From Mobula hypostoma (lineage: Eukaryota): DNA of 64,000 nucleotides. Position 1 is the first letter of the stretch. Each line of letters starts with the position of its first letter. Below are positions 24,901 through 38,836 of this stretch, in pieces. The position numbers and the translations under genes were made by a program. The stretch is from NCBI RefSeq assembly GCF_963921235.1, contig NC_086097.1, forward strand, positions 4,650,001 to 4,714,000, in the 5' to 3' direction. The notes beneath the pieces are model-generated. The model did no database searches and was not told where the DNA came from. It saw only the letters and a list, made by a program, of their open reading frames with translations.

Positions 24901-27900
24901 CTTATTTACCAGGAGATCATTTATAGAGTACAGCACAGAAACATGCCCTTTTATAGAGTACAGCACAGAAACATGCCAAACTATTAATCTGCCTACTCCC
25001 ATCAACCTGCACTTGGCCCATACCCCTCCAATCCATGTACCTATCCAAATTTCCCTTACCTGGCCTGCTGAGTTCCTCCAGCATTTTGTGCGTGTTGCTT
25101 GGATTTCCAGCATCTGCAGATTTTCTCTCGTCTTTAACATATGTGATTGCTAACCTTTCCTTGTATTGATAACAGGGCATCGATCTGAGTCATTAACTCC
25201 GCTCTTCTCTCCACAGATGCTGCCTGACCTTATCCCAATTGGCAACCCTCTCATGTCAAATCCAAAATTACTGAGTTTACTGTCAGATGCAGAGGGTGAC
25301 AGGTCACAGTTAAAATAGAAATCAGTTTTTATTTCTAAAGTTCAGTGCACGCAATAACAAAGTACAAAGTACAAAGTACGTATACTGTATACAGTCTCGA
25401 GATTCCCCTCCTTACAGGCAGCCATGAGACAAAGAAACTCAACAGAACCCATTAAAGGAGACTGTCAAACACCCAATGTACACAAAAAACAAATTGTGCA
25501 AATCACAAAAAAAAACAAATAACATTCAGAACTAAAGTTCATAAAAGAGAGTTCACAGCCACAAAGCCCGCCCAGGAGTCCATTAGTTGCAGGCCACCCA
25601 CAGCCTCGGTTCACTGTAGAAATGAGTGTACACATCATCGCGCTGTGAGGTGAACACCCATCAACTCTATTCTCTGGCTCCTGAGCTTAAATCGGCCAAG
25701 CACCAGCTCCTTCCTCATTCTCCGGCCCAGCCCCAGACTCTGCCTCACTTCTGATCGGCCACTTCAATTCAGCTTCAAGCCAGCAATATTGTGGGACTGT
25801 CTGTTAACTGGCTGTGACTGTGACCACCCCAGTGATCATCCTCCAAATCCTACCCACCTTCAAAAAGCAGCCAGACCTAGTACCAGGCTCCTTCCAACGT
25901 ATTCCCCCGTTTCCTCTCTGATCAGCTGGCTATATCTTTGTTCTTCCTCTGATCATTTTTATGCTCCATTCAAAGGTGAACCTGAGCTGGTGGATTCAGC
26001 AAAGTTTGACTGAACTTTGAAGGATGAACAAATATCAAACCGGCTAGTTCCTAATAGTTATCGATGGCAGAGTTCATCCAATGTATGCTGTGTTCTTTTG
26101 ATTAAATTTAAATGAACAAAATCAGCGCAGACACCTAGTGCAGATAACAGACTGCCTTCACACAATGTCTATACAATATAATGCCTCAGATAGTGCTCTG
26201 GATGATTGCATCTTCCAATTCCTCATTTTCATTGTAACATTCAAGGTGATTCAATACCTTTAAATTTTTCATAGTTCCTAACTTCAAGTAGTGAAATTGT
26301 TTCATTTTCACTCCCATCCATTTTCTGCCACCTCCAAGCCGGAATGTTTGAAACCGTAGTGAGCAAAACAGTTCAGAATTGTCTTACTGCTTATTTCTCG
26401 CCAACTATCAGTGACAAAAATCACTGCTTTTTGAACACAAACACATGCAACTGATGCTGTTTAAAACTGTTCTCTCTAAGCAAAGTATAGCGTGAAACAG
26501 CTACACAAGCACACACGACTGACGCTAGTTTGAAGCAGTCTTTTGTCCCAATTAAGCGGCGTAGTATTCCAAATAAATGAAGCATCCCAAAGAAATAAAT
26601 GGCAAATTTCTCAATTAGCTTTTGTTCTTTTCATACATACAGTACATGTTGAGAAGGAATTTAGCCTATAAGTATAAATCAGCAACTATCTCTTTGGCCA
26701 AGTATCTTGTTTTGAATAGGAGCAACATATATATGATTCAGCTCAAATTGCAAGCCGTAATGTTGCCTCTGATATTTGTGCATCCACAGGCTGAAAGCTA
26801 CACATTTTTGATGGACTAGGAAACTGAAGAAGCATGTCAGGACTAGTTAAGAAGGTTTATAGGTTGTTTCAAGGAAAGAGTAAAGGAAACAAAAGATTAA
26901 AGGAGAAGAGCAATTTACTTGACTTAATTATCTGTAAAACTGTGTTATACTTTGACAACCCAGCATTTAAAAATGTGACTTCTTTCTCATCTTCCAGAAT
27001 CAGGCTTTTATACCACATTGGTTTTCATTTTATTTAGAGATACAGTGTGGCACAGTCCCTAATGAGCCACACCACCCAGCAACTCACCGATTTAACCCCA
27101 GCCTAATCACAGGACAATTTACAATGCCCAATTAAACTACTAACCTGTACGTCTTTGAACTGTGGGAAGAAACTGGAGCTCCCAGAGGGAAAACATGCAC
27201 TCCCGGAGAGGGAGTACAAACCTTTTACAGAGGATGCCGGAACTGAACTCTGAACTCTGAACTCTGACACCACTAGCTGTAATAGCGTGGCGCCAACCGC
27301 TATGCTGCTGGGGACGTTCATGTGTGTTGCGTCTAACCATTCTGTAGCCAGATCCCATTTCAGGAGTATTTCCAAGTGCAGATTAAAAGGCACTACATTC
27401 ACAGGCACATTCTAAACTTAAACTGGTCTGATGGCTATATTCAACTCAGTTCACTCTACACACCAAGCGTTTAACTAGATTGTCTATAGAGGGAGGTGAA
27501 AGGTTTTTTAATTCAAAGACACACCACTGAGACACTCCCTATGATTGTTTTCTTTAACAATCAACATGATTTTTCAACTGTTCATCCATCAACATAGTCC
27601 CTCCTCTCCCCACAAAAATAAACGTAAATCTGAAATACCCTTCTCCACACAGCTGATAAACCCAAAGGAACAGCAGAGACTAACACAATTTGGCACCAGC
27701 AGTATCACAGGAGTTGCCAATCAGTGTGGAACTCAACACAGAACTGTTTTAGGGACTCCAGTTCTGGAATTTTCCTTGGGGTTTACTCCTGAAGCTTTCC
27801 CCATGCGTGGGTATAGTTACTAGGCAGGAGACACTTGGGATCAGAGTTTTCTTTCTCCAGATGAGCTGTCAACCATGGCTGACAGGCCCATTTGCTTGAA

Positions 27901-28797
27901 GCAACTGGTTATAAGGCACCAGTATCCTGTCTTTACCCCTTCTGTCAGCAGAAATAGTTGAGCTGGGCTTAATAGCCAAATCACTCGTGAAAGCCAGGAA
28001 CCGGACTTGGTTTTCAGAGGCTATTTGAGAGGGTTCAAAGGAGGCTCATGAAAATGATTCCAGGATTAAAAGGCTTGCCATATGAGGATCATTTGATAGC
28101 TCTGGGCCTCCATTCACTGGAATTCAGAAGAATGAGGGTTGACCTTATTGAAACCTATCAAATAGTGAAAGGCCTTGACAGAGTAGATGTGGAAAGGATG
28201 TTTCCTTTGGTAGGGGAGTCTAAGACTCAGAATAGAGGGGCATCCATTTAGAATGGAGATAAGGAGGAATTTCTTTAGCTAGAGAGTGGTATATCTGTGG
28301 AATTTGTTGCCATCGGTGGCTGTGGCAGCCAAGCTATTGGGTACCATTAAGGCAGAGGTATATAGATTCTTGACTGGTCAGGGGATGAAGGATATGAGTA
28401 GGAGGCTGGAATTGGGGCTGAGAGGAAAAATGGATCAGCCATGATGATCAATTGGCCAAACAGCCTAATTCTGCTCCTACATCTTATGGATGCACTTGGG
28501 AGCATTTCACAGATAATTGGAGCTTATCCTCACTACCACCCCATGATAACATTTAGGAACCAGAAATACTTTTATAATAAAGGTAAAACATCGTAATACA
28601 GAAAATGAAACCAAAATCAATCTGTGCAAGATTTTCAATAAAGCAAGATAGCAAATACCCACAATACATAATAGTTCTTATTAAGATCCTTCATCATTTT
28701 GAAATCATTTTCTAATTAAAACTCTACTCTGGACAGCAAGCAAAGAACTTTTAGGAAGAGCTGGATTCTATAGTGCAATTTAGTCCCAAAAACTTAC

Positions 28798-28925
28798 CCT
28801 ATAATTTCAACTGCGTCACTTAAGTATGGGTCAACTATTAAATCATCTGCGATCCCCCAGTTTCCATCTGCAGCAATAATACCAACATCCTTTACACCAA
28901 CTTTATCCAGTAACTGGCGCAGTAC
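28798..28925 (-). CDS. GALC: GALC exon 7a (128 nt), VLRQLLDKVGVKDVGIIAADGNWGIADDLIVDPYLSDAVEII(G)
   Basis: Open frame homologous to GALC exon 7; acceptor tattgccaag|GTA, donor ATAGG|gtaagt; phase 0/2 bridges exons 6 and 8. Confidence 0.9.
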
Positions 28926-30599
28926 CTTGGCAATAGATAAAGACAAACATCACTCGACTAAAAATGGAATAGTAATGAAATAAAACCCCTGAAAGCTCTC
29001 TTTAATAAGGCCTGATACATGGGCAGACAGTGGGAGGGGACAAAACTTCAAAACTTAGTTCAAGGCAAAGAGGATCATTGGGATCCCTTACACACAGAGA
29101 TATTTATCAGCAGCGCTGTATAAACAAAGCCCTTAGCATTGTTATTCATTCCTCCCATCTATCAACAATCTACTTGACCCCCTACCGCCAGGCAGGAGGT
29201 ACCATAGCATTAGGACCAGAAGTGTTAGGATGGAGAACAACTTCTTCCCTCAGATCGTGAGACTACTGAACTCCCTGCCACCACCCAGGTCTCATCACGT
29301 ATGAAGCACCAGTATTGTTACACTATTTACTTTTTGACTTGTGTTGTAAATACACCTCATTATTCGTTAATTTAATTGCAGTAATATTACTTATCTGTTG
29401 AGTGTCCAAGTGTCTGCCTGTCTATTTGTGAGTTTTAAATACTGTGTTGTGCACCTTGGTCCAGAGGAACGTTGTTTCATTTGTCAGTATACATGTGTAT
29501 GGTTCCAAGGCTGTCAAGCCGAGGAGTGGTAGTGGGGACAAGCTCCCACTACCTAAAAGTGCTCCTCACGGCACGCGCCTCAAATAGCCTCTGACAACCA
29601 AGTCCAACTCCTGGCCTTCTCGTGTGGCTTAGCCTCTAAGCCGGGCGGAACTGTTTCTACTGACGGGAGAAGGGGCGAAGGCGGGTCCTGGTGCCTTAAA
29701 ACCAGTGCTTCGGGTAGATGGAGCTTGTCAGCCTGGGAAGGCAGTCCATCTAAGAGAGGGAAACTCTGAATTCAAACCTCCGCTGCCTTGCGGCCATACC
29801 CACTCATGGGAGAGGCTTCAGGAGTAAACCCTGAGGACAAATCCGGAGCTGGAGTCCCTAAGGCAACCCGACGTTGCCTTCAACCTCATTCTAGCAACTC
29901 CTGTGATGTCACTGGTGCCAAGCTGTATCAGCCCTTGCCCCCGTCTCTTGGACAGCATCGGTGGCGTGGAGACGGGAGACTTGCTGCTTGAGCAACTGCT
30001 GGTCTTCCATACAATGTTGCCCAGGCCTGCGCCCTGGAGAGACTGAAGCAAGACTTTCCAGGTGCAGATCCATGGTCTCGCGAGACTAATGGATACATGT
30101 GTATGATTGAGTGACAATAAACTTGAACTTGAAGGGAGATCACCACAGATAGAGGCAAAGGAAAACCAGGGCTACTTGGGAAGAAGGAATTAAGTCACAC
30201 AAGGTACCCTAAAAGGCTAAAGATTTTAATGAACATTTTTATCAATGCAATGGAGATGAAGATAAACCAATACTTCAAAAACTTAGAAAAAACAAGGGCA
30301 TTTCAGACCAAAGTTACCATAGCAAGTGTGGTAAGGGGAATTAAGGGTTATGGGGAAAAGGCAGGAGATGAGTCCATGGCCAGATCAGCCATAACCTTAC
30401 TGAGTGGCGGAGCAGGCTCGACGGGTCAGATGGCTGACTCCTACTTCTTAAGCTCTTATGTTCTTATGGAGCTGTCTGATATGAACGGCCACACTTTATC
30501 TGTTGCCAGCTACCATCCTATAACTTGGCAATTTTCCCAACATGCCCTGTGTTCTCAGCAGATGGTGGAAATCCAGAGCAACACATTTTTAAAGCAATT

Positions 30600-30770
30600 G
30601 GAATTTATAAGAGATATCAGTTTGTCTCCAGAGATGGAGAAAGGGAGGGAGATGTCAGAAACGGACCAAGTGAATTCAATGGCAGGTTGGAAGGTGGAGA
30701 CAAAGTTGATTAATTTGATGAGCTCAGCACAGGTGAAGGAAGTAGCACCAATGTAGTGGAGGAAAAGTAC
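30600..30770 (-). mobile_element. Penelope-like RT fragment
   Basis: LFLHYI..AELIKLINFVSTFQPAIEFTWSVSDISLPF resembles PLE RT (N.FHP.L.FT..S...LPFLD); adjacent to the same terminal-repeat family. Confidence 0.7.
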
Positions 30771-31329
30771 AATTTCCATTGATGCTGCTTGACCTGCTGA
30801 GACCCTCCAACATGTCCTGTTGCCTTCACAGGATGAATCCAATCCAGGTAATTACTCTTTGTTACATCCACTCTCCCCCTCATCACTTGCTATTTTTCAC
30901 ATTGATTTAGCTGTCACATTGATGATGGATTTGAGTCACTTACTGACCAGATTAGTTGGCCATGACATCTTTCCTCTTCTGAAGGACATCAGTGCATGAT
31001 TATCCTCATCTATTAGTTTCCTTCTTCAGCCCATTACCTCTTCGCCCTATCACCTCCCAGCTTCTTACTCATCCCCTCTCTCCAACCTTCCCCCTCACCT
31101 GGTCTCAACTGTCCCCTCGTTTGCCTCACCCCTTCTTATTCTGGCTTCGTCCCCCGTCCTTTCCAGTACAGATGAAGGATCTCAGCCCGAAACATCAAAA
31201 ATTCCCCTCCATAGATGGTGCCCGAGTTCCTCCAACATCTTATGTGAGCTGCTAAAGACTTCCAGCATCTGCAGTATATCTTGTGTTAATTAAATACTTC
31301 TTTTTCTTTTTAAAGACCAGAATTCATTA

Positions 31330-33995
31330 GACCATAAGCTGCAGGAACAGGGTTAGTCCATTCAGTCCATTGAGTCTGCACCAACATTTTCATTTTCATG
31401 CCTTCTCCCTGTAACCTTTGACACCCTGACTAAGCAAGGAACTATCAACCTCCGCTTTAAATATACTCAATGACTTGCCCTCCATAGCTGCCTGTGGCAA
31501 TAAATTCCAGAGAGTCTCTACCTTCTGCCTAAAGAAACTCCTCCTCATCTCTGTTCTAAATGGACGTCTCTCTAGTTTGAAGCTGTGCCCTCTGGTCCTA
31601 AACTCACCCACTATAGGAAACATCGTCCCCACATCCACTCTATCTAGGCCTTTCAATATTTGATACATTTCAATGAGATACAATCTCATTCTTCTAAACT
31701 CCAGTGGTACGGTCCTAGAGCCATCAAATGCTCCTCATGCATTAACCCTTTCATTCCTGCAATCATTCTCGTCAAACACCTCTGGACACTCTCCAATGCC
31801 AGCACAGCTTTTCATTAATAAGAGGCTCAAAACTGCTCACAATGCTCCAATGCCTTATAAAGTACCCTTGCTCTTATATTCTAGGCCTCTCCAAATGAAT
31901 ACTAACATCATATTTGCATTTATTACCACTGACTCAACCTGCAAGTTAAACTTTGCAGTTGTTTCTTGAATTTTCTCCATTTAGAAAATAGACTACAACT
32001 TTGTATCATGCATTTCCCTACACAAGATTCCATCTCCCACTTCTTTGCCTATTCTCTCAATTGGGCTAAGTTCTTCTGTAGCCTCTCTACTTCTTCAAAA
32101 CTGCCTGCCCCTCCATCTATCTTCATATCGTCTGCAAACTTTGCCACAAAGCCAATTCCATGATTCAAGTCACTGACACATAACGTAAAAAGGATCAGTC
32201 CCAACACAGACCCCTGTGGAACACCACTAGTCAACAGCAGCCAGCCAGTAAAGGATTCCCTTATTCCCACTCTTTGCCTCCTGCCAATCAGCCTCTGCTT
32301 TCTCCATGCTAGAATCTTTCCCGTAATACCATGGGCTCATAGCTTTTAAAGCAGCCACTTTGTCAAAGGCCTTCTGAAAATCCAAGTACACAACATCAAC
32401 CAATTCTCCTTTGTCTATCCTGCTTGTTATTTCGTCAAAGAATTCTAACAGATTTTTCAGGCAAGATTTTCCCTTGGACCATAGAACATAGAAGCAGAAT
32501 TAGTACAATTGGACCATCACATCTGCTCCGCCATTCAGTCATGGCTGATCCTGCCTTTTCCCCCTCCTCAGCCCCACTCCCCAGCCTTCTCCCCATAACC
32601 TTTGATGCCGTGTCCAATCAAGAACCTATCAAGTCCCCAACAACCTGGCCTCCACAGCTGCCTGTGGTAATAAATTCCATAAATTCACCACTCTCGGGTG
32701 AAAGAAATTTCTCCACATTTATTGTTTTAAATGACTCCCCTCTATCCTAGGCTGTGCCCTCTTGTCCTACACTCCCCCAGCATGGGACACATCCTTTCCA
32801 CATCGACTCTGCCTGGGTCTTTCAACATTCAAAAGGTTTCAAAAAGATCCCCCCTTCATTCTTCTAAATTCCAGCGAGTACAGACACAGAGTCATCAAAT
32901 GCTCCTCGTATGATAGCCCTTTCATTCCCAGAATCATCCTTGTGAAGCTCCTCTGAACCCTTTCCAATACCATTACATCTTTTCTTAGATGAAGAAGCCC
33001 AAAACTGTTCATAATACCCAAGGTGAGGCCTCACCAGTGCCTTATAAAGCCTCAGCATCACATTCCTGCTCTTGTATTCCAGATCTCTTGACATGAGTGC
33101 TACATTGCATTTGCCTTCCTCACCAACTCTACCTGCAAGTTAACCTTTAGTGTGTTCTGCACAAGGACTCCCAAGTCCCTATGCATTTTAGATTTTTGGA
33201 TTTTCTTCAAATCTGCAAATTTAATTCTACTACCAAAGTGCATGACAATGCATTTTCCAACATTGGATTTCATTTGCCATCCTCTTGCCCATTCTCCTAA
33301 TCTGTCTAAGTCCTTCTGCAGCCTACCTGTTTCCCCAACACTACCTGCCCCTCCACCAATCTATCTCCCTGAACTCCCTATGCAGAACCTTACCGCACAT
33401 CCTACCCATGTCACCGGTACCTACATTGACCACAACTTCTGGCCATTCATCTTCCTATTTGAAGTTGCTGAGGACTCGATCCGAGATATCCCGGACCCTG
33501 GCTCGCGGGAGGCAACATACCACCAGGGAATCTTGTTCTTGCCCACAGAACCTCCTGTCCATTCCTCTAACTAACGTATCCTATCTCCAGAGCCTCGTCT
33601 TCCACCTTCCCTTCTGAGTCACAGAAGCAGGCTCAGTGCCAGAGATCTGAACAGAGTGACTTTCCTCTGTTAGGTCATCCCACACCCCTCCCCCCCAGCA
33701 GTATCCAAAGTGATATACCTGTTGTTGAGGGGGATGGCTACAGGGCTACTCTGCACTCAGCTCTAAGGCAATATTGTTCTGTTCTGAGGCTGTGCCCTCT
33801 GGTCCTGGACTCTCTCATTATAGGAAACATCCTCTCCACATCCACTCTATCTAGGACTTCCAGCATTTGATAGGTTTCAATAAGATCCCCTCTCATTCTT
33901 CTAAACTCCGATGAGTACAGGCCCAGAGCCATCAAACACTCCTCATATGTTAACCTTTTCATTCCCAGAATCATTCTCGTGAACCAACTCTGGAT
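31330..33995 (-). mobile_element. Cluster of nested CR1 fragments
   Basis: SGVPQGSVLG, AKFADD, LYKALVRPHL and RMRGDLIETY peptides on minus. Confidence 0.85.
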
Positions 33996-34408
33996 CTTGA
34001 ATTACGTCAAATTATAGCAAATCAATGTATTCAGGTCAAAGAAAATCCACTTTCTTCACTCTTCACACATAAAAGCATTGCTGACCATAAACTCAGCATT
34101 ATTTGGTATTCTATGCCAAACTCTCTGTATTTCAGCTCTGTGGAGAATGAACGCAGAGGCAAAGTACAACACAGGGATGTTATTACACGGACAGTTCACT
34201 GGGTTTGAAATTTCAGGCACACATCTTTCCAAATGAATGAAACTTCTTCTCATATAATTCAATGAGGCAAAAATTAACATTGGAATACATAACGCACACT
34301 TCTGTAATACCTGACTTCAACAAAAACCAGGGACACATGTTAAAGATGAAGTAGGAACAAAAGCATCAAGAGCTCTTATAATTTCCCAAAGGAAACTGAA
34401 TGAAGATA

Positions 34409-35000
34409 CACTCAGCAGCCACTTCATTAGGTATGCCTGCTCATTAATGCAAATATCTAATTAGACAATCACGTGGCAGCAACTGAATGCATAAAAGCAT
34501 TGAAGAGGTTCAGTTGTTGTTCAGAACAAACATCAGAATGGGGAGGAAAAGTGACTTTGACCGTGGAATGATTGCTCGTGCCAGACGGGGTGGTTTAAGT
34601 AGCTCAGCAACTCCTGATCTCCAGGGATTGATTGATTGATTGATTTATTGACCGCGCGCATGCGCACGCTCTCTCTCTCTCACACACACACACAACAATC
34701 TGTATTGTTTATAGAGAATGGTGCGAGAAACAAAAAAACATCCAGTGAGCGGCAGTTCTGTGGGCAAAAACACCTTGTTGATGAAAGAGGTCAGAGGAAA
34801 ATAACCTGACTGGCTCAAGCCGACAGGAAGGTGACAGTAATTCAGATAACCACGTGTTACAACAGTGGTGTGCAGGAGAGTGTCTTTGAATGCACAACAC
34901 GTTGAACCTTGAAGTTATGGGCAATTGCAAAAGAACATCATGAACACATGCTTTTGAAGACCGCGTATGTAGACTCAGTGGTCACTTTCTTAAGTATAGG
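34409..35000 (+). mobile_element. Tc1-like 5' fragment with an internal microsatellite
   Basis: TA|CACTCAG..GCCACTT.ATTAGGTA end; DFDRGMI..ARRGGLS..TPDL resembles a Tc1 paired-like N-terminus. Confidence 0.6.
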
Positions 35001-35862
35001 AGAAAGTGAGTATAGTGCTGGACTTAATGTTACCACATTGTACTATCCTAAAATATAAAATTGGGTTATTGATTTCATATAATTAGTTTAAAGATGTTGC
35101 TTATTTAGAAACACTAGCATTTTAATGTTTTATCATACTGACGTTGATAAAAACCTTATGTTCTTGCCTCACCATGTAATGAAATCATTCAAAAATGTTT
35201 ACCATGTGAATTTAAATTTGTTTTTTTTTAAAAATGTTACATATAAAAATTAAATTGGAAATATGTTCAAAATATTTTTCGGCAGAAGTTATTCTTGGAA
35301 GGCCCTCCCCAACTCTCCTTAGTGCTTTAATTTCTTCCCCATACGCACAAGGTGCGTTAGTAGTGTAGCTGATGGCATGGGAAGTCAGGGTGAGCTGCTG
35401 GATATGACGTTGCTTCCCATGGTGGGAGAGTCCAGGACCAGAGGACACAACCTCAGAATAGAGGAACGTCCATTTAGAACAGAGATGAGGAGAAATTTCT
35501 TTAGCCAGAGGGTGGTTAATTCATGGAATTCATCGCCACATACGGCTGTAGAGGCCAAGTCATTGGGTATATCTAAAGCTGAGAGTGGTAGGTTCTTGAT
35601 TAGTCAGGCAGTCAATGCTTAAGGAGAATAGGCAGGAGAACGGGGTTGAGAGAGGAATGGATCAGCCATGATAGAATGGCGGAGCAGTCAATAGATAGAA
35701 TGGCCTAATTCTGCTCCCATGTCTTCTGTGGGAGAGAGCAGGTTACAAGACAATACGTGGGAAAACGGGACTGATAGGAGCACCCATAGCCAAATGACTT
35801 AATGGGCTGAACAGCCTTCTGTGTCATAAGAAAATAGGAGATAAAAACTATGTGAAACATAC

Positions 35863-35901
35863 CATGATGTACTTCTTGTCAAAGTGTCTTTCATTCCAAA
35901 T
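35863..35901 (-). CDS. GALC: GALC exon 6 (39 nt), IWNERHFDKKYIM; contains the acid/base Glu (WNE)
   Basis: Clan GH-A WNE motif; acceptor ctccaag|ATT, donor ATG|gtatgt; phase 0/0. Confidence 0.95.
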
Positions 35902-38714
35902 CTTGGAGAGAAACATAAATTAATCCAATTAATTTATGAACATCATTTTGATTTTGCACAAAATATATATCTTTAAATAGAGATTAGTGCCAACTATACC
36001 AGCGACATTAATTTTGCTGCCAATTATTTACCATTAGAAACAAAACATATTTACAATTATGAACACTAAATTACTTTCCTTCCATGAGTAGGATTTGAGA
36101 AATGAAACACAAATCTGAATTATAGGGCTAATTAACAACAAAAAAAAACACATTTTAGTAGAAGACTATTTATTCCAGATTATGGTACTTTCAGCACTGA
36201 CACCAATATTCAACATAAATACCTAAACAAAAAGGCTAATTTATGGGCAAAATACCAATGAACACAACCTCACTATTTTCCCTCTCTTTTTGGATGACTT
36301 ATTTTTCATATTTATGCACTTATTGTAATTTATAACTTTATTATGTATTGCAATGTACTTGTACGAGCCTGTACCTATTTTCCGTCTGTATTGTATTTCG
36401 TGTTGTATGTTTATTATGGGTAATTTTTCATGTGGGTTGGGCATGATAGAAGCAAACAGTATGGTTACAAACGTGTGCTCTATCTTGGGTCAGTTTTGTC
36501 CAGGTAGATCCAGAATGTAAGCCATGGGGGGGCTGATTTTTTTTTTGGGTGACCGTTTAAATAATCTTAAGAATGCTTAGTACCACTGACATCATTATTT
36601 TGTTATATTGCAAGTTTTACTTTAATTAGTTTTTTTAAAAAATCATAACAAGATCATTCATCCTTGCTGGATTCTTAATAAAGGGTCAAACATATTCTTT
36701 GAACTTTGGAACTTCATTAAATTTGAGTGCATCAAATCATACAGTGTCAACACCCCCACCCACCCCCGTGCTTAGTCTTTGGTTTGTTTGCAGTACTGCT
36801 GCAAAACAACAAATTTCACAATATATGCTAGTGATATTAACCCTGATTCTGACCCGAGACTCAAACATCTGAATGGCCCATCCCTCCTGCTTCTTGTTTT
36901 GAAACTGCATGGTAGAGAAAGGAATCATTTGGTAAGTTTACTTGGGCTGACCCTGAAGGATCTGTGAACTTATGACATGCACCCGAGATTTTCCTCAAAC
37001 TCAGCAAATAAACTTCCTTTAAAATTTTCGTATCCAACTGCATTTTAAGTTCACATTGAAGTTGATTTCACAAACCTTTCTTGTGGTGTGGTCTGGATTA
37101 CATATGAGCTTTGTAAAAATAAAAACTTAAAATCACCTTTCTAATGATTCCGCCAATTAACCGATGAATTCCAATACTGGCTCACTTGCCAGAGGAAGCT
37201 GTTTCTCATCAGCTCGGATGTAACTGTTGATAGGTTTAGTATACCAGCTCAAATTTGTGTTCACCTTCAGTCTCCTTAAGAACCACATTACTTGCCTTGT
37301 CAACTTCTCCGACCACCTTTAAGAATTAGTGTGCAAGGAAATTCCCTCAAAGGCCACTTTTCATTAAAGTGTGATTTAGATTACATCAACTCCCTATGTT
37401 GCTTTGCTTGAATGGGTATAACTTTACAGAAAGCTACTCTTTGCTAACGTTTGCTAATATCTTGTTCAGTCTTTGCTTTGCTTCTTAGTTATGTATCATT
37501 CACAAACTTCAGGAGTTTAGAAGAATGAGGGGGATCTCATTGAAACCTATCGAATATTGAAAGGGCTAGATAGAGTGGATGTAGAGCAAATGTTTCCAAC
37601 ATTCCAGAATGTTTCTGGTCTAGGACCAGAGGGCACAACCTAAGAATAATGGGACATCCATTTACAACAGAGAAGATGAGGAATTTCTTTAGCTAGAGGT
37701 TGGTGAATCTGTGGAATTCATTCCCACAAACAGCTGTGGAGGACAAGTGATTGAGTATATTTAAAGTGGAAGCTAACACGTTCTCGATTAGTAAGGGTGT
37801 CAAAGGTTACAGGAGAAGGCAGGGGAATGGGGTTGAAAGGGCAATAAATCAGCCATGATGGAATGGCAGAGCAAAGTCAAAGGGCCGAATGGCCTAATCT
37901 GCTCCTTTTATCTTGTAGTCTTCAAAATTGTTCTTGCTGTACCCATCCATGTCATTTCGTACTTAATCTGACAAACAACTGTCCTTGTATTAACCCCGGG
38001 AGATCTCACTGCATAACTGTCTCTGAGGAGAGAGAGGACAAAGAACATGCATTCATCGCTGCTGTTCCACATTGCTTGGAATTGCTTGATGCAAAATACA
38101 TTTCAAGTGCCCCTTCGCTGCCTTTTACTGACATTTTCTGAACAGTGGTATTTTATCAAGTGCGTTTGAAAGTCATGTAAAATGTTTACTAGACTGATTA
38201 ATGTGAATAAAATACAAGTTCAAACGCCACTACATTTGCACTTGATTTGGCACTAAAATCTGTAGTCACTGATCTATTCGAAATCTCTTAGGTAATTGTT
38301 ATGAATTTGAATGGACAGCTGAAAAAAAACAGCCTTAAGTTTATTTTCCTTTCATAAGATCAAAAGATATTGGAGTAGAATTAGGCCATTTGGCCTGGAG
38401 TCTGCTCCACCATTTCATCATTGCTGATCCATTTTCCCTTTCAGCCCCAATCTCCTGCCTTCTCCCTGTATCCCTTCACGCCCTGACTAATCAAGAATCT
38501 ATCAACCTCTGTTTTATACATACATAAAGACTTCGACTCCACAGTTGCTTATGGCAATGAATTCCACAGATTCACCACTCTCTGGCTAATACCTTCTCAT
38601 CTCCATTCTAAAAGGATGCCTCTCTATTCTGAGGCTGTGTCCTCTAGTCTTAGACTGTCCTACCATAGAAAACATCCTCTCCACATCCAATCTATCAAGG
38701 CCTTTCACCATTCA

Positions 38715-38836
38715 CAAGGAAATCTGCAGATGCTGGAAATTCAAGCAACACACACAAAAAATGCTGGTGAACGCAGCAGGCCAGGCAGCATCGATAGAGG
38801 TACAGTCAAAGTTTCGGGCCGAAACCCTTCGTCAGG
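38715..38836 (-). mobile_element. Penelope-like terminal fragment with hammerhead core, inserted in a CR1
   Basis: 8-bp TSD ACCATTCA (38707-38714, 38837-38844); minus strand GTC-CTGACGA-AGGGTTTCGGCCC-GAAAC-TTT-GAC. Confidence 0.7.

Noticed and set aside
37130..37430. Possible enhancer (ETS-like GAGGAAG and RUNX-like AACCACA motifs) in intron 5
   Set aside because: Short motifs occur by chance, and no conservation or chromatin evidence is available from the sequence.
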